Positions 48,535 to 59,100 of a stretch of 64,000 nt of DNA are shown here, piece after piece (the first letter of the stretch is position 1; every line of letters begins with the position of its first letter). The stretch covers positions 2,656,001 through 2,720,000 of the forward strand of contig OZ257142.1 in the NCBI GenBank assembly GCA_965279035.1, in the 5' to 3' direction. Position numbers and translations under genes: made by a program. The notes below the pieces were generated by a model. That model searched no databases. It saw only the letters and a list, made by a program, of their open reading frames with translations, and had not been told where the DNA came from. Source of the DNA: Bacteroidia bacterium. GTDB lineage: Bacteria; Bacteroidota; Bacteroidia; M30B66.

Positions 48535-50361
48535 CTAACTTGATGCAATTCGTGAAAACAGGGCATCAACCCGTTTTTCAATTTCTGGATCAAGCTCTAA
48601 CACAGGAGCATGATGAGGCTTAATGCGAGCATCAATAATGAGTGATCCATTGCATCCCCAATGTTTGTTTTTCTGAAATGCATCCACTCCATATATATCG
48701 TGCGATGGATTGCTACGAGTAAACGTTACCCATACCCAATTGTTGAAAGTTGCAGCAATAAATTCCGCATCATCGCATACTACAATGAGTGGAAATGTTT
48801 TTTCTAATTCTACTGGAATTGCTGAAATAAGTCCTTGTATTTGTTGCTCAGCATCGGTATACGAAAGAAACTTTGGTCCACTAATAGCAAGCACTCCAGG
48901 CATCGCCACTTTCATCTTGCTGAATTTATCTGGTAATGAAAGAGCTGGGATTTGTTCTCCTAAATTTCGCCTCTTTTTTCCAGCTGCAGCCAAAACTAAT
49001 TTTGACCCGGTATTCAATCCATCACCACTATAATCGAGTGTATCGATACTGGTTTGGGTGTGAAAATGCAAATCGCGTTGAAGCTGAATGCGTTCTAAAA
49101 TATGACTAAAAAAAGCCTTTTCCTGATGTGTATCGAGAGCTGCATTGTCTTCTTTAGCTGCAATAAAAAGATATTTGGCTAAACTTAATTGTCCAGTACC
49201 TAAGATGTGATTTGAAATAGTTAAAATTTCAGCAGGGCGTCGATCTTCGGTTGAATAAGGTGTGTAACGTTCACTTCCAATAGCAAGCAATAAAGGATGA
49301 ACTCCTGCAGCATCAACTGCGTGAACATCATGCACGCCGGGCAATTCATCGCGAATAGCACCACCTGTCATATCATGGATGAGTGCACCAAAACTCGTGT
49401 CTTCTTGTGGTGGACGACCAACTACTGTAAATGGCCAAATCGCATGTTCGCGGTGATATACCTTTTTAACACGCATCATAGGGAAATCGTGCTTTAGGCT
49501 ATAATAGCCCAAATGATCTCCAAATGGTCCTTCAGGTTTATTTTCATTTGGATACACTTCGCCAGTAATAACAAAATCAGCTTCTGCATTCAAACAAAAT
49601 CCTTCTGAATCGTAGAAATAGCGAAAGCGTCGGTTATTCAGAGCACCAGCAAACGTCATTTCCGACATTCCCTCGGGCAAAGGCATCACAGCAGCGAGAA
49701 TATGTGCAGGAGGACCGCCAACAAAAATGCTCACTTTGAGCGGTAATCCTTTCGCATTGCTTTTAGATTGATGAACACCAATGCCCCGATGTAACTGATA
49801 ATGTAATCCAATTTCTTTATTGAGATTGTAATCATTTCCAGAAAGTTGTATGCGATACATGCCCAAATTGGCATTCATGATCCCGGGTTTGTCAATGTCT
49901 TCGGTGTAAACGGCAGGCAATGTTACGAAAGCACCACCATCGTTTGGCCAATGTTGGATAAGAGGCAAATCGCTAATTTGACATTCCTGAAAGCCGTGCA
50001 AACTGCCCGAACTCAATTTGCGAGGCAATGCTTTCAAGGCTAGAAAAGGCATTTTCCAATACTTCAATGGTTGCTTAAGCGCCGCCATCGGATTGGATTT
50101 TAGAGCAATCAATTGTTGAATATCAGCATAGGTATCCCGAAACATAAATTTGCTTCGCTCAACTGTCCCAAACAAATTAGACACAGCTGGAAATTTTGAG
50201 CCTTTTACTTTTTCAAAGAGAATGGCTTTTCCACCTTTGGCATATTCACGCAAATGAATAGAAGCCATTTCCAAGCTTGGGTCAACTTCTTCCTTAATAC
50301 GCAGAAGTTGACCACTTTGCTCCAGATCATTAATACATTCGTTAAGACTTTTATAGCCCAT
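48535..50361 (-). CDS. UbiD-family prFMN-dependent decarboxylase
   Basis: SNLFGT, NLGMYR, EGPFGDHLGYY, GRPPQED, DTLDYS. Confidence 0.9.
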   Translation of the reverse strand: MGYKSLNECINDLEQSGQLLRIKEEVDPSLEMASIHLREYAKGGKAILFEKVKGSKFPAVSNLFGTVERSKFMFRDTYADIQQLIALKSNPMAALKQPLKYWKMPFLALKALPRKLSSGSLHGFQECQISDLPLIQHWPNDGGAFVTLPAVYTEDIDKPGIMNANLGMYRIQLSGNDYNLNKEIGLHYQLHRGIGVHQSKSNAKGLPLKVSIFVGGPPAHILAAVMPLPEGMSEMTFAGALNNRRFRYFYDSEGFCLNAEADFVITGEVYPNENKPEGPFGDHLGYYSLKHDFPMMRVKKVYHREHAIWPFTVVGRPPQEDTSFGALIHDMTGGAIRDELPGVHDVHAVDAAGVHPLLLAIGSERYTPYSTEDRRPAEILTISNHILGTGQLSLAKYLFIAAKEDNAALDTHQEKAFFSHILERIQLQRDLHFHTQTSIDTLDYSGDGLNTGSKLVLAAAGKKRRNLGEQIPALSLPDKFSKMKVAMPGVLAISGPKFLSYTDAEQQIQGLISAIPVELEKTFPLIVVCDDAEFIAATFNNWVWVTFTRSNPSHDIYGVDAFQKNKHWGCNGSLIIDARIKPHHAPVLELDPEIEKRVDALFSRIASS

Positions 50362-50706
50362 AATTCAGAATTGGAGCAATATAAACACGAAAAGCGGGAA
50401 AAGGTGCGAGAAGAAACGAGATTTTTTTGAAACATAAAATAATCTGATTTGAATAAATAATTGAGAATACTAGTGGTGTATTCTTTCTTCATATAATAAA
50501 TGAATTTATCAAAGCTTGTATTTAAACATGTTATTTGATTTTTTCATCTATTAAAATATTAAATTGCAAAATAAAGATTCAACCATTATAAGAATTGAAA
50601 TCCTTTTTTTTCGGCTAATAGTTAAAATTTATCATAATTAATTTCGATATTTATCAATTAAAGAAACGAACCATCACTTTAACCAATGTTTCAAGCTTAA
50701 GTGTTT

Positions 50707-53700
50707 ATGAAAAAGTTCCAACTATTCATTCTATCTTATTTATTCCTCTTTTTTTATTCAACGAGTTGTATAGCTCAAACAGTTACTGTAACAAGCGGGT
50801 TTGCCGCATGGTTGCAAGGAAATGGATATGCAGGATGTTTATCTGGGAATGTATTGGATGGTTCTTGTCCTATTGTAATCAATACAACAAAAATTAATTG
50901 CAGTTCATACAATATTCAATCATTAGATGGCATTGAGTTATTTATTCATTTGGATACATTGATTGCGTCTGGATGTCAATTAAATTATATTAATTCATTA
51001 CCATATACCCTAACAAGATTAGACTTAAGCTCCAATTCTATTACATCGATTAATTCATTTTCTTACAACTTAAAATATCTCAATATATCAAATAATGATT
51101 TGACAGCACTACCTCAATTACCATCTAATTTAAAGCAATTGGATTGTCATTCAAATCAATTAACTTCAATACCTTCTTTACCTTCTGGACTTATAGAATT
51201 AAATGCATCCTACAATAGTTTAACCGATATAGGTACATTATCTGATTCTATTCAAATTGCCTATATTAATAATAATCAAATAACATCATTACCCAATCTA
51301 TCCAATACACTTGAATATATGTATTGTGATTATAACTCATTAACTACAATACCTGAAATAGGGAATAATATGATTAAATTTTATTGCTCAAATAATGTAA
51401 TAAATTCCCTTCCAGTTTTAAGTAATGCAAGTAGTTTAATTGAATTTAATTGTGCATCAAATTTACTTACTAGCCTTTCAGCACTTCCTAATTCATTAAT
51501 TAAACTATACTGTAATGATAATCAATTAATCTCATTACCATCATTACCGATGTCTTTACAAAGATTAGAATGTAGTCAAAACGACATTACTGCTTTACCT
51601 AATTTAGCGAATCTTAAGTACCTCTATTGCTCACAAAACCCATTATATAGTGGATTACCAACTTTACCGAATACATTACTAGAATTAGATTGTCAAGAAG
51701 ATTCACTTTCAACATTACCTACTTTACCTATAAATATTCAAAATCTAAATTGTAGTAATAATAATTTAACAAGTTTGCCTCAATTACCAGTATCATTGTA
51801 TGTTTTGAATTGCAGTTTTAATCAGATAACAAATTTACCAAGCATACCGACTTTACTTTTTAAGTTAAATTGTAGTCATAATGAATTAACGAATTTACCA
51901 AATTTACCTTCCGAATTATCCCAAATTCTTATAAATGATAATCCCAATATAATGTGCCTCCCAGCTATTGAAAAATTTAATGGGAATTCCTATAATTTTT
52001 CTATTACAAATACAGGTATTCATTGCTTACCAAATTATATTCAACATTATTACTCTTTACCATCAATTGATACACTTCCATTGTGTGGCATTTTTAGTAA
52101 TCCTGCAGGTTGTGAAATTGCTTGGAATATTGCTGGCAGAATTTATATTGATGAAAATTCAAATTGCTTATTCGATAGTGTAGAATTTAATATTAATCAA
52201 ATCAAAATGCAACTTGCCTTAGGAAGTACTGTTGTACAACAGGTATATTCCAATACTGCAGGATTTTACTCGTTTAATTCAGATTTAAATGAATATGAAA
52301 TAAAAATAGATACAACGGGACTTCCATTTAATGTTGTTTGTCCCAATTCAAATTCATATGTGACGAATCTATTTGGAATCGACACCTTAGATTTTAATGG
52401 GAATTTTGCATTGGAATGCAAACCTGGTTATGATTTGACCACACGCTATATTTCACATACATCTGGAATGTTTTTTCCTACAAATACAGCAACTGTAGTT
52501 TTTAGTGCAGGCGATTTAGCTCAATACTATGGCGTGAATTGCAATACAATAGGAGTTGCCGGAACCATCAAAGCTTGGTTTAGCGGACCTCAATCCTTTA
52601 CATATATTCCTTCAGGATGGACTCAAAATAATGATACCCTGACTTTGTCATTGAATGATATTAGCCAACTTAATTTAGAACAAGGATTCACATTAAGTTT
52701 TCTAACCGATACATTTCCACCAGCAGGATCTCAATTTTGCTTAACCGTTGAAATTCAAGCTAATGGAATAGACAATAATCCATTCAATGATACTACTATG
52801 CATTGTTTTGATGTAATAAATTCCTTTGATCCGAACTACAAAGAAGTATATCCATCCTATTCAGAACTTCCTGGAGAGTGGCATACCTATACGATTCATT
52901 TTCAAAACACAGGAACTGCAGCAGCACAAAATATACTGCTAAAAGATACACTTGATGTGAACCTTAATTGGGCTTCATTTGAAAAACTAGCATCGAGTCA
53001 TTCGGTATTTACACAAGTTTTAGAAAATGGGATTGTTCACTTTAATTTCCCACAAATCAATCTTCCAGATTCCACGAGCAATGAACCTGAAAGTCACGGG
53101 TGGGTTCAATACAGAATTAAAACCAACCAAAACCTAACAACTGCTACAACAATTCATAATAAGGCAGCAATTTATTTTGATTTCAATAGTCCCGTTATTA
53201 CGAATGATGCACAAATAAAATTTTGCACACCCTCCCAACAAAACAATACAATATTATTCTGTCAAGGAGATTCTGTTTTAATTGGAAATAGTTGGCATAA
53301 AGAAGAAGGAGTATATTCCTATCAATATAGTTCTATAAGTGGTTGCGATTCAACAATTAATACCATACTTCAATTTAGATCAACAAGTGGAAATATTGTA
53401 AATATTGCTTTGTGTCAAGGAGAAAGCATTACGTATGATGGAATTGTTTATGATACTGATGGTAATTATGAACGTAATTACACTTCTGCATTTGGATGTG
53501 ACTCACTTGTAACAATCTCCATTCATACAAATACAGATACATCTTCTACTGAGAATTTTATCTTTTGTGAAGGTGATAATATTTATGTGCATGGACATTA
53601 TTACTTTAATCCAACTTCTTTTATTACAAATTTTACATCTTCTTCTGGTTGCGATTCGGTTGTAACTACAATCATTGAGGAATTGCCTGTTGAATTTACC

Positions 53701-54156
53701 GTCATTAATAATGATCCTACTCTAAGCGTTGTTCAAAATATGCAATTTTATCAATGGATTGATTGTATAACAAATGAACCAGTTATGGGAGCTTCGATGC
53801 AAGTATTTACACCTGAAATTAATGGTATTTATAAAGTGCTTGTATTAACAGAAAATGGATGCATTAAAACATCTGATTGTTTTGCCATTGGTTTTGTTGG
53901 AATTAATCCTATAAATGATATTCATTTTAAATTATACCCTAATCCAGCATTTGATCAATTAACACTAATACATCCTGAAATGGATGGAACTATTTACTTA
54001 TGTGATTTAACAGGTAGAATTATTTCGGAATTAACATTATCAAAAACGAATTCAACACTCATTAATACCACAAATCTATCATCGGGAAATTACTTATTGA
54101 AAGTAAAATCAACGAGCATCGAATCGAAAACACTTAGATTCAGTGTAATTAAATGA
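50707..54156 (+). CDS. T9SS-secreted leucine-rich-repeat protein with DUF11-like/Ig domains and type A CTD
   Basis: Signal peptide; many 20-aa LxxLPxLPxxLxxLxCxxNxL repeats; SFDPNYK, YTIHFQNTGT, AAIYFDFN; GCDS repeats; LYPNPA...SGNYLLKV. Confidence 0.88.
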   Translation: MKKFQLFILSYLFLFFYSTSCIAQTVTVTSGFAAWLQGNGYAGCLSGNVLDGSCPIVINTTKINCSSYNIQSLDGIELFIHLDTLIASGCQLNYINSLPYTLTRLDLSSNSITSINSFSYNLKYLNISNNDLTALPQLPSNLKQLDCHSNQLTSIPSLPSGLIELNASYNSLTDIGTLSDSIQIAYINNNQITSLPNLSNTLEYMYCDYNSLTTIPEIGNNMIKFYCSNNVINSLPVLSNASSLIEFNCASNLLTSLSALPNSLIKLYCNDNQLISLPSLPMSLQRLECSQNDITALPNLANLKYLYCSQNPLYSGLPTLPNTLLELDCQEDSLSTLPTLPINIQNLNCSNNNLTSLPQLPVSLYVLNCSFNQITNLPSIPTLLFKLNCSHNELTNLPNLPSELSQILINDNPNIMCLPAIEKFNGNSYNFSITNTGIHCLPNYIQHYYSLPSIDTLPLCGIFSNPAGCEIAWNIAGRIYIDENSNCLFDSVEFNINQIKMQLALGSTVVQQVYSNTAGFYSFNSDLNEYEIKIDTTGLPFNVVCPNSNSYVTNLFGIDTLDFNGNFALECKPGYDLTTRYISHTSGMFFPTNTATVVFSAGDLAQYYGVNCNTIGVAGTIKAWFSGPQSFTYIPSGWTQNNDTLTLSLNDISQLNLEQGFTLSFLTDTFPPAGSQFCLTVEIQANGIDNNPFNDTTMHCFDVINSFDPNYKEVYPSYSELPGEWHTYTIHFQNTGTAAAQNILLKDTLDVNLNWASFEKLASSHSVFTQVLENGIVHFNFPQINLPDSTSNEPESHGWVQYRIKTNQNLTTATTIHNKAAIYFDFNSPVITNDAQIKFCTPSQQNNTILFCQGDSVLIGNSWHKEEGVYSYQYSSISGCDSTINTILQFRSTSGNIVNIALCQGESITYDGIVYDTDGNYERNYTSAFGCDSLVTISIHTNTDTSSTENFIFCEGDNIYVHGHYYFNPTSFITNFTSSSGCDSVVTTIIEELPVEFTVINNDPTLSVVQNMQFYQWIDCITNEPVMGASMQVFTPEINGIYKVLVLTENGCIKTSDCFAIGFVGINPINDIHFKLYPNPAFDQLTLIHPEMDGTIYLCDLTGRIISELTLSKTNSTLINTTNLSSGNYLLKVKSTSIESKTLRFSVIK

Positions 54157-54808
54157 TTTAAATCTCATGTAGAGTTATCGACTAAGGATGAGTTTTTGGA
54201 TGTAGTTTAACTCATCGTTTTGAATGGTAATAAAATAAATTCCATCTGAAATTGAATTAGGAATGCTCATAGGCAAGGAGAATATTCCAGAATTCAAATA
54301 GACTTGTTGTGTTTGGATTAATCTACCATCAATACCTAAAAGCGATATAGTTGTAGATTTAGAAAAAGAAGAATGATAATTTCCTGAAATCAGAAAATCA
54401 CCTTGACTAGGATTTGGGAATAGTTTAATAAATTCATTCTCTGGAGTATCTAAATGATCTATCAGATCCAGTGTGAGAGAATTACTTAAAAAAGATGTAA
54501 ATTCTAAACAATTCACATCACATTGAAATTCTAATCTGATGATATCTCCAATTTGAGGGTTATGCTCTAAATAATAGTTTTCATTTCCTACAATAATCCC
54601 ATTTTTCATCCAATATAACTGAGGATTTAATCCAGGATTTGTAATAGAAGACGTAAATAAAATTTCATCTCCTACATTGACTGTTGTATTCGGTATTGCT
54701 TGAATTGAAACAGTAGGAATTAGAGTTGGCAAAACATGCATATTAATAGTATTCGAGATCGTACTGCTTTGACTCACGCATTGCTCATTATTAATTAATC
54801 TACAGCTT

Positions 54809-56179
54809 CACACCCGTCCAAGACGTTTGTATAACGAAAATACAATCCTGATTTGATGCGAGATTACTCATCAAAGAACGCTCTTTTGAAAATTAAACCC
54901 TCTATAATTTAAAAAAGGGACATTTGTAATTCCAGTTTATCAATTTCGTCATCATCTAAAAAGGGTTTATCAAGCCATTTTTTGAGGTCAATTTTCACAA
55001 AGAGATTTAATCGAATAAAGGACACCAAATTTGAGAGGTGCCAAGAGTGTTTTGCTTCCTTTTGAAGTGTCTTTAAAAGCAGTATGGTGATTAGTGCTGT
55101 CCAAATCTGTATCAGAACAGCATTCATGCTGGTTCCTATGAAAGACTTGATTTTCAGGTGTGTTTTGATCTCCTTGAAGAACGATTCGATGCTCCATCTA
55201 CGTTTATATAGTTCTGAAATGGTCGATGCTGTCCAAGAAAAATTGTTTGTAAGAAGTTCAAGATATATCTGTTGTTCTTCATCCCAGATCTGAACCATTC
55301 GGAGCTTTTGCGGGTATTTTTCTTTTGATTGAGGTAAACTCAAAAAGCCTTTCCAGTCGTATTGCAAGTCTGGATTTGCTTCATCGGTTGGGCTCTTAGT
55401 TCGCTCATAAAGTTCAAACTGAATGTTTTCTTTTCCTCGAATAACAAAGAATACTCCTTGTTCATCTAATTTTCTCATCCAGTTAAAATCGACATATCCT
55501 CTATCAGCTACAACAATGCTTCCTGTGGGAAATTCAATATCATGTGCTGCATTTACATCGTGCTTTTTGCCATCACTCAAATCAGCAAAAACGGGCATAC
55601 AGCCGTCAAAGTCAAGGACTGTGTGAAGTTTTATAGCTCCCTTCTTCTTTCGAAATAGTGCCCAGTCGAACACTTTAAGACAAAGGTCAATCGTGGTTGA
55701 ATCGAGCAGATAGATTTTACGTTTGGGAAGCAGCTTTCGGCTTGTTTTTAAGGTTGATTCAAACTGCTCATACAAGTTAAAATACATCGCTTGAAACAGC
55801 TCCCAGTTGCGATGTTGGTTATTATATGCCAACGATGATCGCCTCATGGCTTTTGACACTCCCAGATGATTTAAATCGCCTGTTGCTGATCGCATTCCAT
55901 TGCAAACGTCATTTAAGCTATTAGACTTGGAAAACTGGCAAAAAACCATTGTCACAAAGTGAGACCAAGCATCATTGCCTTTACAATGTTTATTGGACTC
56001 AAACTTTTCTACTAGTTTATTGAAAGAATCTCGCTTAATTTTTTGGAATATCTGAGCAAATAATGTGATCTTCATGCCGGAGTTGGTTTATGTTTTTGTG
56101 TCGTAACTCAAACATACCGGATTTAATCCGGACCAACTCTATTTTTTTACCCTATTTTAAAACGTCTTGGACGGGTGTG
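54809..56179 (-). mobile_element. IS4-family insertion sequence, copy 2 (1371 bp)
   Basis: Same 20-bp terminal inverted repeats; 9-bp target duplication CTACAGCTT at 54800-54808 and 56180-56188. Confidence 0.95.
54909..56075 (-). CDS. IS4-family DDE transposase, identical protein to copy 1
   Basis: 388-aa translation identical to 37256..38422. Confidence 0.95.
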   Translation of the reverse strand: MKITLFAQIFQKIKRDSFNKLVEKFESNKHCKGNDAWSHFVTMVFCQFSKSNSLNDVCNGMRSATGDLNHLGVSKAMRRSSLAYNNQHRNWELFQAMYFNLYEQFESTLKTSRKLLPKRKIYLLDSTTIDLCLKVFDWALFRKKKGAIKLHTVLDFDGCMPVFADLSDGKKHDVNAAHDIEFPTGSIVVADRGYVDFNWMRKLDEQGVFFVIRGKENIQFELYERTKSPTDEANPDLQYDWKGFLSLPQSKEKYPQKLRMVQIWDEEQQIYLELLTNNFSWTASTISELYKRRWSIESFFKEIKTHLKIKSFIGTSMNAVLIQIWTALITILLLKTLQKEAKHSWHLSNLVSFIRLNLFVKIDLKKWLDKPFLDDDEIDKLELQMSLF

Positions 56180-59100
56180 CTACAGCTTATAATATTTCCA
56201 TTTTGAATTGAATTCGAACTATAAAAAGGAGTAGTACTAGTAGATAATAGAACATTGTTTCGATACCATGAAAATTGAGGGGCTGGACCACCGTTTAAAT
56301 ATTGAGCAGTATAGGTTACTGAATCGCCAGGGCAGATATAATCATCATCAGATGTAATTGTAATTTCTGGTATTACAGTGTGTTTTTTTATGATTGTATA
56401 AGTATTACTTGTATCAAAAGGAGTTGTTGTACATGTATTACTTGAAATTACTGAACAAAATAACAAAGTAGAATCCTCAGTAATTGTTAAACTATATGTA
56501 TTGCCAATATTTACCAATGTTCCGTTCTCAAACCATTGAATTTCTGGTGTAGTTCCTAAATTACTGCCATTTGAATGAAATGTTTTGGTTTCATTCTCAC
56601 AATAAACAGTTGTAGAGCCTAAATTATAAATTGAAATACTGGGTGTTACTTTATTTATGAGATCCATAGTAAGAGAATTACTTAAGACGGATTCATCTAT
56701 TGAACAAGCATTTGTATTCATTGAATAACATCTGATTATATCATTATCTAACAAAGCAGAGCTTGAAAATGAATTTGTACCTGATGCAATTAAAATTCCA
56801 TTCCTATACCAGTTAAGTGAAGCATCATTACTCAAATTTGTAGTAATAGCTGCAAAATTAATCTCTGTTCCAGAACAAACTGGTTCGGTATTGGAAGTTG
56901 AAATGTTTATGTTACCTGGTTGTAAATAGTTATGAATACGAAATGGAATAATCTCACTAAATAATGAGTCATTTGAATTTGAAATTCTACAACGAAAAAA
57001 TGATGAATCCAAAGCAATAGTTGGATTTGTCAAGAACAATTCAGCCTCTGAAACACCCATAAAAACTGAATCTTCTTGAAGATCTATCCAAGAATTACCA
57101 ATCAATTGTTGCCATTGATAATTGAATGATGCATAGTAACCTGTTTCTACTGAAAATAAAGCATTTTCTCCTAAACAAATAGTTACATCAGAAGTTTGAT
57201 TGAGTATATATGGATAATCTATTGTTTCACCAAGTTGATATGTTCCATATAGATTTGAAACATTTGAAATGGTCATTTGTCCAACTTGAGGCGATTCTGA
57301 ACCAACATGAATCCAATCGTTATTCACTTTCTTTAAGGCAACAAAATTCAAGGGATTAGAGGACGCATCTATAGCATTTGAAGGCCAATAAATATTTAAA
57401 TCTAATTGATCTGATTGACCAAACATGCTCATTTGTTCGAATGTTGCTGTGTAATTCAGAGTCTTTGTAGAGTCCATTCCACTTTGAGCAATGAGCGGGT
57501 CATCTCCTTCATGAAGACTTAATTTAAAACTTCTTATTGTATAATTAGGATCATACAATGTAATATTAAAATAATCGGTTAATGTCCCAATTGGAATACT
57601 TACAAAATTATTATTAGAATACGGCATTTTATATTTACCAATCAACCAACCATTTCCATTGACAATATATGAAGCGGAATAATAATATATATTACATAGT
57701 ATATTACATGTCAATGTATTGTATCCAATATTTAATTTCCCTTTATATAAAACAACTTTTTCATTTACAATGATATCACCGATATCGAAAATAACACCTT
57801 CATAAGAAGAGTTCATTATTGAAATTGAATTAAAGCCTCTAGTTGAAGATGGATAAGAATTATTCAAATAATTTCCATCACCTGTAACATATTGAGGTAC
57901 AGTAACATTTTCCAAAAGTCCTAAATCATTTGTTTTGTAAAAATATAAGTCAGTATCAACAAATGAAGCCCCTTCATTCACCAATAGATTTCCGCCTAAA
58001 GATAACCAACCCTGAAAGTAGGCTTCATAATTATTCATGGTAAAATCCCCATTTATTCTAAGATCGGTCATTACTTTTCGGTTAACTACAGAAGGAGTAC
58101 CATTAATTATAACATGATTGAATATGATATAGTTATCCAAATAACTATTATTAGATACATTATAACTGTTAATTAAAGAAAAATTAAAACTACGATTTGA
58201 AGTACTCGTAGAAAAGCCATCTCCAATGATAAAGGTATGATCAGAGCCAGCGTTGGGAATTCTTGAACTAAAATTTGAAAGTGTGGGTTTTAAATCAAGT
58301 TTAATATCGTTTGAATAAAAACAAGGATCTATCAGTTTTAAAGTACCCGAATTTAATTCAAATTCAATAGTCGAAATCGTTAAAACTGCTTGGGATGATA
58401 CACTAGATTCAAGAACATTTCCTGCATTACCATCAATACTAATTTCTCCTCCGTTTTGATGAAAAGAAGAGTGGAATTTTGTATCAATATAACCATTAAC
58501 GGTAATTCCACCTGAATCAATAATGAAATTTCCGTAATTCACAAAAGGTGATTTTCCTCCTCCTTCTGGACCAAGAAGAATATTTCCTCCAGATATGTTG
58601 AATGTACCATTCGATAGAATTTTATCCGAAATAGTTAACATACCCTGATTAATTTGAATAGTCCCACCATTACTTACATTCAGTATTTTACAAGCACTAT
58701 TTTGATTAATATCAACGGTTGTGCCTCCTGAAATCAAAACAAAATCATCATAATTGGGCACAAGGCCTTGGTTCCAAGTTGTTCCATCTTCCCAATTTCC
58801 ATTTTGTACAGAATAAATGATATGAGATAAGCTATCCGAAGAACCTATTGAAAATCCACTAGGAGTTAAATCATTCATGGATAATTGAGAACGAATGCCA
58901 ACATAGTTAAGATCATCTTGAAGTCCTTGAACATGAGCCCCAGCTATAGTATCTCCATGAATAATATGAATTGAGTAAGCTGACAGGGAATTAAATAGCT
59001 CAGTTGTTGATAATTTAATATTTAATGTAGAATCATTAAATTGAATTCCATTTCCAGTTTCAAAAATCCAATTACGATTAATACGTTGTTGAATATGAAC

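Noticed and set aside
54175-54777. Stand-alone 200-aa T9SS protein
   Set aside because: No signal peptide; it is the detached 3' end of the giant gene.
37152-56179. Composite transposon or already inverted segment bounded by the two IS copies
   Set aside because: Each copy has its own matching 9-bp duplication and each host gene rejoins in frame, so these are independent insertions.
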